This document shows, piece by piece, positions 27,817 through 35,869 of a stretch of DNA of 64,000 bases. The stretch is from Deltaproteobacteria bacterium. GTDB lineage: Bacteria; Desulfobacterota; Desulfobacteria; Desulfobacterales; Desulfatirhabdiaceae. The translations under genes were made by a program, and so were the position numbers. The stretch spans positions 4,810-68,809 of the forward strand of contig JACRBZ010000078.1 in assembly GCA_016219185.1 (NCBI GenBank). The letters are read 5' to 3'. Below the pieces are notes generated by a model that had not been told where the DNA came from, did no database searches, and saw nothing but the letters and a program-made list of their open reading frames with translations. Position 1 is the stretch's first letter. Each line of letters starts with the position of its first letter.

Positions 27817-28773
27817 TTAGAATCTATCACTGTTTTCACTGGAATGAGGCCTGCTCAACGGAATATCGGGAAAGCCGGTAAGCTGTATCATATCATTTCT
27901 ATTGCTGGTGTATGCTTCAATAATGTATTCATTCCAGTAGTGCCGGTTTAAACCGTATTTCATGAGGAATTCATATGATCGTTTTTTATCCTCAATTTTG
28001 GTTTTTTCCCGGCTCCTTTCAAAAAAGGCTTCCCATTTTTCCTCGCTTGGAAATACAAGGGAGTTATTTTGGATTTCTGTAATGATGTATGGGGTTATAA
28101 AAACAACCGAGTATCCATAATTCAATTGGGGGAATGGCTCTGGCACCAGCCTTGCGAACCAGATTTCTCCCGGCTCACCCAAGTACCCGCTTGGTACGAT
28201 GGCCTGTATTTTTTCCTGTGTGATAATTTCTCGCAGATTGACAAACTTTCCGGAAACGCCCTCATGAACATAGAACCCCATTCTTGATTTCTGCATATGC
28301 TCGAAAATCGTTATCAAATCGGGATCTGCCTTTAAGAATCTGCAAACGTCAATAGCAATTGTTCCGAAAGACTCTTTTTTGAGCCCAATGCAAAGATCGA
28401 AAAAACCCCAGCATGTAAAATAAGATTTGGTTAGCGGACTCATCGGCGGACCTGAAGGCATATAAACATCTTCAGCGTTTGTATAAACGTCAGTAAGTTT
28501 CGACAGAGCCGGCAAATCAGAAAGCTGTTCTATGATAACGGAAAGCTTGTTTTGTGCATAGATATAAACCCCATGCAGGGGATCTAATCGTGAAAGCTGT
28601 TTCCCCGTAATTACGGTTTTGTCTATATTTTCTGCATTTATTTTAGCATCCCGCAGTTCAGAAATATATATAACCTTCCTGCCGGTGGTTTTTCGAAGAT
28701 CAGCAATGATCTTTGATGATATAGGATGCGTAACGGATTTTGTAGGAGTTATATTTTTCACATTCATCCTCAA
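27817..28773 (-). CDS. Hypothetical protein, 318 aa, no family recognised
   Basis: Long clean ORF with ordinary composition. No motif that I can name. Confidence 0.55.
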   Translation of the reverse strand: MRMNVKNITPTKSVTHPISSKIIADLRKTTGRKVIYISELRDAKINAENIDKTVITGKQLSRLDPLHGVYIYAQNKLSVIIEQLSDLPALSKLTDVYTNAEDVYMPSGPPMSPLTKSYFTCWGFFDLCIGLKKESFGTIAIDVCRFLKADPDLITIFEHMQKSRMGFYVHEGVSGKFVNLREIITQEKIQAIVPSGYLGEPGEIWFARLVPEPFPQLNYGYSVVFITPYIITEIQNNSLVFPSEEKWEAFFERSREKTKIEDKKRSYEFLMKYGLNRHYWNEYIIEAYTSNRNDMIQLTGFPDIPLSRPHSSENSDRF

Positions 28774-28776
28774 TGG

Positions 28777-28992
28777 TTATTTCAATTTCTTACATCCCTC
28801 ACAATTTTTATAGCCAGCAAGATCGTAGGTATTAAATGATAAAACATATCGAAAATATCTATCGGTTTGGTCAGTAGCAGGATTCCCCCCTCGCCTTGCA
28901 TTTTTCTGTTTCACACAGAACTTGCCAAAGCCGGATACCAAAAGGGAATCGTCAGTGCCATTTTTGGAGCCCGATCTATTTGATCCAAGCAA
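28777..28992 (-). pseudogene. HU/IHF-family DNA-binding protein fragment (C-terminal half only)
   Basis: LLVSGFGKFCVKQKNARRGGNPATDQ resembles the HU/IHF arm GFGxFxVxxRxARxGRNPxTG. The N-terminal ~35 aa are missing, and the ORF overlaps the neighbouring gene's 3' end. Confidence 0.4.
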
Positions 28993-29350
28993 GAATCGCG
29001 GTGCCGAAAATTATTGATATGATTCCAAACATTCTTTGCGTCTGGTCAGAGAGATCAAAGTACCAGTCCAGCAACCGGCTATAGAGATTATATGGATTGG
29101 TGAAAATCACAACCGCCTCAACAAATGCCAACATGCCGATTACCCGGAAAAACCAGGGAAAAGTGGTGGCCAACGCAGCAATAAAAAATAGGATTCCGAA
29201 GACTGCGGGGAAGGACGACAAAACCTTGAGCGGAATTTCCTGGATTAATTTCTTGAGTGCATCGACATAGTCTCTGGTATAGAGAATACAGATAGAGCCG
29301 ATGGCGATGTACACAAAGCCAAGGAAATAAACGATAACTTTCATGGTCAT
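28976..29350 (-). CDS. Small membrane protein, 4 predicted TM
   Basis: Hydrophobic ORF. Start placed at MTMKV (ATG 29350), after AAGGAG. Confidence 0.55.
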   Translation of the reverse strand: MTMKVIVYFLGFVYIAIGSICILYTRDYVDALKKLIQEIPLKVLSSFPAVFGILFFIAALATTFPWFFRVIGMLAFVEAVVIFTNPYNLYSRLLDWYFDLSDQTQRMFGIISIIFGTAILAWIK

Positions 29351-30303
29351 TGACTCCTTTGCAGATTGTAAAGGTCTAACTGGGAGGGATTTGAAACAAA
29401 TCTCATTAATTGTCTGCTGTGTCAAGGACTTGATTCTTTCTTTTATTTTCGGTTCCTTTGTCCTGATACTTTATTGATTTCCAGTTTCCCAGATGATAGG
29501 TTTTATTCATCTCTTTAAAAAGGAATCTTTCGAATTTTAAGGCACACAAACACCAAAAGCCCAATCATTACGGACAGGCTTTTCGATGTCATTACAGGTG
29601 TATTTCAGGCTATTTCATGCGACAGATGCCGTATTGGATGCACGCATAATGGCTTTCAAAGCGTAATTTCTATTATATTGTAATGATTAATAAATACACT
29701 TTGCGTTGAATTTATCATACTTTTGCGTTACATTTGAAATTATACTGTCAAGGGTGCCTGTCACGCACGCTTTCGCTGTTGTAATGATTGACGCTGGCCG
29801 GCACGTTTTTTTCAGTGGCATTGATAATGTTCAACACTTCCGTTTTGGGACGTTCAGCAGTTGGAGTTTGTGGCTATGCCCGAGGATTGAAAACGTTGAC
29901 AATCTCATCTGCTTTTCCACCGGGGGGAGAAATGGTTCAGATTGGAAGATCATTGAGCGGGTGGGATGTTAAATGGCACATAGGGCAGGTCTGGTTGGAT
30001 TCGGCTTGGCCAGGTGGGTTGAACGGCAACGGGTCTTTGTCAAAATTCGGCTGCTTTCTGGGGGTACGGAAAAAAGTGGAAAATGGTTGCGGATAGGTTG
30101 CGAATCGCTGTCAATTGCCCACAACCATCGCCCACTCCATATCAATGAATTCAAATGGTTATATGCAACAGAGCAATTTGCCCTTCGGCACATCCTGAAA
30201 TTGATAACCCGCATCTGTTTGCAGTTTTTTTACTGTGATAGAGAGCGGGTTTTTTTATTTCAGGCAGTCATCTCTTTTTTGATCGTCAAAAGGAAGAATA
30301 TTT

Positions 30304-30948
30304 GTGGTTGCGGCGGAACGGTTTCATAACCTACCGGAAGAAAAGAAGGAGCGCATTCTTTCCGTTGCTTCGGAAGAATTCAGCCAAAAGGGGTATGCCG
30401 GCGCCAGCATCAACAGCATCGTGGGCCGCCTGGGGATTGCCAAGGGTTCCCTGTTTCAGTATTTTGGAACCAAGGACGGGCTGTTCCGGTTTGTATTTTC
30501 CCGGGCACTTGAAAGGGTCAAGGACAATCTGCGGGACGTGCGGGACAATGCCAGCCGGAAAGATCTGTCTTCGCATCTCCAGGATACCCTCCTGGCGGGC
30601 GCATGGTTCATTCGAAAGCATCCGCTGCTCTACCGGCTTTACCTTCAGCTTTTGACGGACGACACCATTCCTTTTCGAAATGACATGCTGCTGGCCTTGC
30701 GTCAGTACAGCCTCGAATATATTCGTTCCCTGCTTGAAGAAGCCAGGGAAAGGGGAGAGCTTGCGGATCACATTGACCTGAACAGGGCCGCCTTCATGCT
30801 GGATGCCGTGATGGACCGGTTCCTTCAGGCCCAGGCGGTTCCTTACATGGATGCCGGGCTCGGGCTTTTTGACGCCGATATGGCAGGTATTCAGGCGTGG
30901 ATTAACGATCTGGTGCAAATGATTCAAAAAGGGGTTGAAAAGGTCTGA
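30304..30948 (+). CDS. TetR/AcrR family transcriptional regulator (GTG start)
   Basis: ILSVASEEFSQKGYAGASINSIVGRLGIAKGSLFQYFGTKDGLF HTH segment. Confidence 0.8.
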   Translation: MVAAERFHNLPEEKKERILSVASEEFSQKGYAGASINSIVGRLGIAKGSLFQYFGTKDGLFRFVFSRALERVKDNLRDVRDNASRKDLSSHLQDTLLAGAWFIRKHPLLYRLYLQLLTDDTIPFRNDMLLALRQYSLEYIRSLLEEARERGELADHIDLNRAAFMLDAVMDRFLQAQAVPYMDAGLGLFDADMAGIQAWINDLVQMIQKGVEKV

Positions 30949-31740
30949 ATGGCGGCTGATCATATTCTGGTTCTTGCTGCCGTGGAACCCGAGATACAGG
31001 GGGTTCTGGACCGCATCACGCACCCTTCCGCTCGCATGATCGGCGGACGATCTGTTCGGTGCGGCCGGATAAGCGGAATGCCGCTAAGGGTTGTCGTAAC
31101 CGGTCCGGGAATTCTCAACACGGTTCAGGCCATCACCGCGTGCGTGGAGAATGCAAGGCCCCTTCTGATATTTCAGGCGGGCTGCGGCGGCGGTTTCAGG
31201 CAGCTTGGCATGGTTAACGGAGATATTGCCGTGGCAACGGCCGAGGTAGATGTCCACCTCGGCATTGAAACCGGCGAGCATCACGCGCCCCTTCAGGAGA
31301 TGCCTTTTCCCGTTCTTGAATCAGATGGCAAGGCGTTTAAAGAAAATTATCCCCTGGACCTGAATCTGGCGGAGGCCGCATTTCTGAGGCTGAAGGCGGT
31401 TTTCGGCCCCAAAGGCATCGAGGTATTCAAGGGGCCTTTTATCACCGGATCGACGGTTACGGGCTCGGAGAAGCGGGCGGCTTTCCTGTTCAGGGCATAT
31501 TCACCCTGCATGGAGTCCATGGAAGGCGCGGGAGCCGCTTTTTTATCCCATTATTATCAATTGCCGCTTCTGGAAATCCGCTGTGTCAGCAACATGGTGG
31601 GCAAAAGGGATTTGTCCCAGTGGGATCTTTCCCTTGCCTGCAGGCGAGCGGGGCAGGCGGCGGCGGATATTATTGAATTTTTCATTAAGGAGCAACATGA
31701 CAACCCGGTTATCCCTGGCCTATTCCACCTGCCCCAATGA
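30949..31740 (+). CDS. mqnB: Futalosine hydrolase (nucleoside phosphorylase/MTAN fold)
   Basis: ILVLAAVEPE N-terminus and MESMEGAGAAF motif of the PNP/MTAN family. Context within the mqn cluster. Confidence 0.65.
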   Translation: MAADHILVLAAVEPEIQGVLDRITHPSARMIGGRSVRCGRISGMPLRVVVTGPGILNTVQAITACVENARPLLIFQAGCGGGFRQLGMVNGDIAVATAEVDVHLGIETGEHHAPLQEMPFPVLESDGKAFKENYPLDLNLAEAAFLRLKAVFGPKGIEVFKGPFITGSTVTGSEKRAAFLFRAYSPCMESMEGAGAAFLSHYYQLPLLEIRCVSNMVGKRDLSQWDLSLACRRAGQAAADIIEFFIKEQHDNPVIPGLFHLPQ

Positions 31741-32533
31741 TACATTTGCTTTTTTCGGGCTGACCAGGGGCCATGTGATGTGTCCGGATATATCCTTTCA
31801 GATATCCCTTGCGGACGTGGAGACCCTGAATCAGGCTGCCCGCAGCCGCACTTATGATATCACAAAACTCTCCTTTGCGGCCATGGGGCATCTGAGATCA
31901 AATTACTGGCTCCTGAAAAGCGGGGCCGCCCTGGGCCGGGGTTGCGGGCCGCTGATTGTGGCAAAGCCAGGAAAGAGCATCACCTCGCTTTCTGATTCCG
32001 CCATCGCGGTGCCGGGAATGGACACCACCGCCTGTCTGCTGACGGGTCTCTATCTGGGTAAACCGCCCAAGGCATCTGCCATGACATTTGACCGAATCAT
32101 GCCGGAGGTGTCCAGGGGAAACTTTGATTACGGCGTGATCATTCATGAAGGCAGGTTTACCTATCAGGAATATGGACTGGTCAGCATTTTGGATTTGGGG
32201 TTGTGGTGGGAGCGGCAGACCGGACTTCCGGTTCCGCTGGGATGTATTGCCGCAGCCAAAAACCTGGATTTGAACAGGGTCAAAAGCGTGGAGAAGGCGA
32301 TTCGGGACAGCGTCGCCTTTGCCTTTGCCCATCCGGATCAGACAGTGCCTTATGTCAGGGAGCATGCCCAGGAAATGGCGCCCGCCGTCATTCAGCAACA
32401 TATCGATCTTTATGTGAATGAATTTTCTCTGGATATCGGAACGGAAGGCGTTCGCGCGGTTGAAACGCTATTTTCCATGGCACAAGACAGCGGGATCATC
32501 CCGCCGGACAGCAGCCCGCTGTTTCCAGGCTGA
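31697..32533 (+). CDS. mqnD: 1,4-dihydroxy-6-naphthoate synthase
   Basis: MTTRLSLAYSTCPNDTFAFFGL matches the MqnD start (LSLGFSPCPNDTF). Start set at ATG 31697, after AAGGAG. Confidence 0.7.
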   Translation: MTTRLSLAYSTCPNDTFAFFGLTRGHVMCPDISFQISLADVETLNQAARSRTYDITKLSFAAMGHLRSNYWLLKSGAALGRGCGPLIVAKPGKSITSLSDSAIAVPGMDTTACLLTGLYLGKPPKASAMTFDRIMPEVSRGNFDYGVIIHEGRFTYQEYGLVSILDLGLWWERQTGLPVPLGCIAAAKNLDLNRVKSVEKAIRDSVAFAFAHPDQTVPYVREHAQEMAPAVIQQHIDLYVNEFSLDIGTEGVRAVETLFSMAQDSGIIPPDSSPLFPG

Positions 32534-33473
32534 TGCCGCGACTCTGGGGATCCGCGTAAGAAAGCGGGGTTTTCCGGATGTCATTCTCAAAGAAGCAAAG
32601 AGACGCCGCATCCTTCGTGATCCCTGCCTGATGCAAGCCTTTATAGAACAGCTCAAGACCTTCTTTTTCACGATCACTCAGGTGGTATACCAGGGATTCG
32701 TAGTATAACCGAGCGGTTGAAACATCGATTCCCAGTCTGGCGCAGGCTTTTTCAACAATTAATTCCATGTGTTCATTGCCGAGTTCCCGGGATGTTTTCA
32801 GCAGGGCCAGGACAGTCTCCACCCTTTCCGGGTATTTGCGGGCAAACTCTTTTCGGACCGCCCAGACGGCAAACACGAAGGGAAGGCCTGTCATTTGCCA
32901 CCACAGGGTTCCCAGATCATGGATATGCGGAAAAACCCGTCCCCATTGCTGCGACAGGGCCGAATCCCCGATAACCAGGGCCGCATCGATCTCTTTTGGC
33001 AACTGCGACGGGTTCTTGACCCTGCCCACGACAAACTCCGGATTGAGGCTTTTAAGGCTGAAGATCAGCCTGCACAGGTCCCTGGCGCTGGCGGATTCAT
33101 CCGTGATCAGAATGCGTCTTCCGGTCAATGCCTCCAGGCTGTAACGGCTCACGAGAAGGACGCTGAGAACCCGTTCGTGACAGGCAATGGCCAGATCCGG
33201 CAGGATCATCCACTCACGGGCGTTTCTGGCATAGGCTGCCGATGAGACCGGACTGATATCCAGACGGCCGTCGATCATCATTTGATTCAGGGTGCTCGGC
33301 GGGCCGCTGATCAGTCTGATCTTTTGGCTGATCTTTTGGCTGATCTTTTGACTGACCCCTTGACTGATCCCTGACGCGGCAAGCCCGTTGTCGATTCCGT
33401 AATAGATTGGCGCCACATTCATGTAATCGATTCGGCCAAGGGCCACGGAGCGCTGAAATGTCGGAGTGTTCAT
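32496..33473 (-). CDS. mqnA: Chorismate dehydratase (MqnA), carrying an internal tandem-repeat insertion
   Basis: VALGRIDYMNVAPIYYGI N-terminus, typical of MqnA (periplasmic-binding-protein-like fold). The C-terminal ~40 aa overlap mqnD convergently. Confidence 0.7.
   Translation of the reverse strand: MNTPTFQRSVALGRIDYMNVAPIYYGIDNGLAASGISQGVSQKISQKISQKIRLISGPPSTLNQMMIDGRLDISPVSSAAYARNAREWMILPDLAIACHERVLSVLLVSRYSLEALTGRRILITDESASARDLCRLIFSLKSLNPEFVVGRVKNPSQLPKEIDAALVIGDSALSQQWGRVFPHIHDLGTLWWQMTGLPFVFAVWAVRKEFARKYPERVETVLALLKTSRELGNEHMELIVEKACARLGIDVSTARLYYESLVYHLSDREKEGLELFYKGLHQAGITKDAASLCFFENDIRKTPLSYADPQSRGISLETAGCCPAG
33317..33376. repeat. Five tandem 12-nt units inside mqnA
   Basis: TGATCTTTTGGC x2, then TGATCTTTTGAC, TGACCCCTTGAC and TGATCCCTGACG. 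The repeat is in frame and encodes ...SQGVSQKISQKISQKI... Confidence 0.85.
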
Positions 33474-34735
33474 TGTGTAATCGTCTCTATGTTTGACTGA
33501 AACGGCAGGGTCCGGGATGTTTCAGCCGGTTCGCTGAAATTGACCAGTGTCTCCATGACCCGGGATGCCTTTGATGCCTGAATGTCAAGGTAGGCCAGTC
33601 TGGCCTGTTTACCCGGAACCAGCGTTCCCATCCGGTTGTCCAGTCCGAGCGCTGCCGCGCCGCCAAGGGTCGCCATCTGAAAAATCCGCTCCGGACCCGC
33701 CATGGGAAAGTTTTTGGCGGTAAATGCCATTTCATCGAGCATGCTGAGGCTGCTCACGCTGGCCAGGCTGTCTGTCCCCAGACAGAGATGGATTCCCGTC
33801 TTTATCATGCCGTTCAGATCCGGAAGTTTTCCATGAAGCGCAAAGTTGCTCCTCGGGCAGAGGCAGACATGTGCCCCGGATTCATGGATCATATTCATAT
33901 CTGTTTGATCCGCATGTAGCACATGCACCAGGATCGTCCGGTTATCCAGAATGCCGATGGCGTGAAGGTGCCTGACGGCGCTTTCCACGGGAAGCCCCCA
34001 GGATTTCGTGTCGATTCCCCGGGAAAGCAGAAATTCCTTCCAGGGACCTTGCGTTGTTGTCAAAAACGACATTTCTTCGTCTGATTCAGCCAGGTGAATG
34101 GAAAACGGCGCGTTCCGCTCGCGGGTCCGGTTTTTGATTTCCACCAGGGCTTCCGGCGATGTGGTATGGGGGGCATGGCCGGCCAGGGATGTTTGCAGGT
34201 CGCCGGATCGACCTTCCAGGTTTTCCGTGTTTGAAAAATGATCGCCCAGAAATTCCCGGAACCACACCCCTGCAAGACCCGATTTTCGGACAGGCTCCAG
34301 GGTCAGCCCCAGGCTCGATATCTCTCCCACGGCGCCACATCCGGATGCAATGATTTCTTGAATCCCGATTTCCGAAGCTTCCAGCAGGTCGTTATCGTCC
34401 AGAAGCGCCCGCTTTTCAATCAGGTCCTTCACCCAGAAACCAAATCCCTTATGGGTTGCGATGCGGCCCTTGAGCGCGCAAAGCTCAATATGGGTATGGG
34501 CGTTGACCAGGGCCGGAAAAATAACGCCGTTCCCGTGATCCCTGATCTCATCGCTGCCTGCGGGGGTTCCTTGCCCGATTTCCTGAATGCTGCCATTTGC
34601 AACCCGAACATACCCGTTCGGATAAATCGTCCACGGATCGATGATCACCCAGCCGGCCCTGTGGATCACGGACCCCTGGCAGCCATCCTGAAGGTTGCTC
34701 GCAGTCATCTGCATTATGCCATCTGTCTCTGACAT
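33470..34735 (-). CDS. Amidohydrolase-family deaminase (candidate aminodeoxyfutalosine deaminase)
   Basis: LVNAHTHIE metal-binding HxH motif and chlorohydrolase/MtaD-like length. Start chosen at the ATG overlapping the mqnC stop (TGATG). Confidence 0.65.
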   Translation of the reverse strand: MSETDGIMQMTASNLQDGCQGSVIHRAGWVIIDPWTIYPNGYVRVANGSIQEIGQGTPAGSDEIRDHGNGVIFPALVNAHTHIELCALKGRIATHKGFGFWVKDLIEKRALLDDNDLLEASEIGIQEIIASGCGAVGEISSLGLTLEPVRKSGLAGVWFREFLGDHFSNTENLEGRSGDLQTSLAGHAPHTTSPEALVEIKNRTRERNAPFSIHLAESDEEMSFLTTTQGPWKEFLLSRGIDTKSWGLPVESAVRHLHAIGILDNRTILVHVLHADQTDMNMIHESGAHVCLCPRSNFALHGKLPDLNGMIKTGIHLCLGTDSLASVSSLSMLDEMAFTAKNFPMAGPERIFQMATLGGAAALGLDNRMGTLVPGKQARLAYLDIQASKASRVMETLVNFSEPAETSRTLPFQSNIETITQ

Positions 34736-35817
34736 CAGTTTTCCGTCATCCGGTGTTCTGCCAGAAAATTGTAATAACAATCCCGCTGAATTGCCCGGCA
34801 TCCGGCGCCCGCGATCATTCTGACCATATCCGCAAGGGACAGTTTGAAATCCACGCCCGCGGCAGCCACCACATTTTCTTCAATCATCGTGCTTCCCAGA
34901 TCATTGGCGCCGAAAGCCAGGGATAGCTGAGCGATTTTTTCCCCCTGGGTGACCCAGGAGGCCTGAATATTTGGGACGTTATCCAGCACCAGCCTGGAGA
35001 CGGCCAGCACCCTCAGATAGTGGACGGGTGTTGCGGCGACCATGGGAAGGTTCGTGTTGCCGGGCTGAAATGTCCAGGGAATGAAGGCGGTAAACCCTTG
35101 GGTTCGGTCCTGTAAATCACGTATCTTCATCAAGTGCAGGATAATGTGTTCAGGGGTTTCGACATGACCGAACATCATGGTGGCCGTGGTTTTGACGCCA
35201 AGTTGGTGCGCCTGCTCCATGACGTTCAGCCAGGTATCCGCATTGCATTTGTTCGGGGATATCCGCTGCCGGATATCATCCGCCAGAATCTCGGCGCCCC
35301 CGCCGGGAATGGTATCGAGTCCGGCCTTTATCAGGGAGCGCAAGGTCTCTTCAACGGATAATCCGCTGTTTTGTGCGATAAAGGCGATTTCCGGCGGGGA
35401 AAATCCGTGGATGTGGATATCAAAATTAGATTTGATAAAACGCAAAAGATCCAGATAATAATCCAGGCCGAGAAGCGGATTGAGTCCGCCCTGAAGCAGG
35501 ATCTGAGTTCCCCCCAAGTCAAGGGTTTCCCGGATTTTATGGCAAAGCGCCTCTTTTGTGATGACATCGGCTTCGGGGTGTTCCGGCGGGCGAAAATAGG
35601 CGCAGAATTTACAGCCGCAGATACATCCATTGGTGTAATTGATGTTTCGATCCACCACAAAGGTGACCACGGGTTCGGGATGCAGCCGTTTTCTGACTTC
35701 ATGAGCCAGAAATGCCAGGTCAAGCAGATCCGCCCTGTCCAGCAGCAGCAACGCCTCTGTTGAATCAATGCGCCGATGATTCAAAATTTTATCCCGGATA
35801 GGGGAAAGTACGGTCAT
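34735..35817 (-). CDS. mqnC: Radical SAM cyclic dehypoxanthinyl futalosine synthase
   Basis: VTFVVDRNINYTNGCICGCKFCAYFRPPEHPE (CxxxCxxC). The MqnC versus MqnE assignment is from remembered family patterns only. Start at MTVLSP (ATG 35817); the longer ORF-track N-terminus lies in intron DNA. Confidence 0.65.
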   Translation of the reverse strand: MTVLSPIRDKILNHRRIDSTEALLLLDRADLLDLAFLAHEVRKRLHPEPVVTFVVDRNINYTNGCICGCKFCAYFRPPEHPEADVITKEALCHKIRETLDLGGTQILLQGGLNPLLGLDYYLDLLRFIKSNFDIHIHGFSPPEIAFIAQNSGLSVEETLRSLIKAGLDTIPGGGAEILADDIRQRISPNKCNADTWLNVMEQAHQLGVKTTATMMFGHVETPEHIILHLMKIRDLQDRTQGFTAFIPWTFQPGNTNLPMVAATPVHYLRVLAVSRLVLDNVPNIQASWVTQGEKIAQLSLAFGANDLGSTMIEENVVAAAGVDFKLSLADMVRMIAGAGCRAIQRDCYYNFLAEHRMTEN

Positions 35818-35869
35818 TTTCGAAATCTCAGTTTTTATTGAGGAGTCAGGACTCAATGTCATTGACTTA

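Noticed and set aside
27817-27819. Possible programmed read-through of the TAA that ends the 318-aa gene, because the frame stays open for 79 more codons.
   Set aside because: There is a one-in-three chance of frame coincidence. The downstream segment has its own GGAG plus ATG. I saw no read-through context or structure. I kept it only as a note in one finding.
33317-33376. The tandem repeat considered as a possible CRISPR or other array.
   Set aside because: The units are 12 nt, contiguous with no spacers, and in frame inside mqnA. No CRISPR-like repeat-spacer structure exists anywhere in the window.
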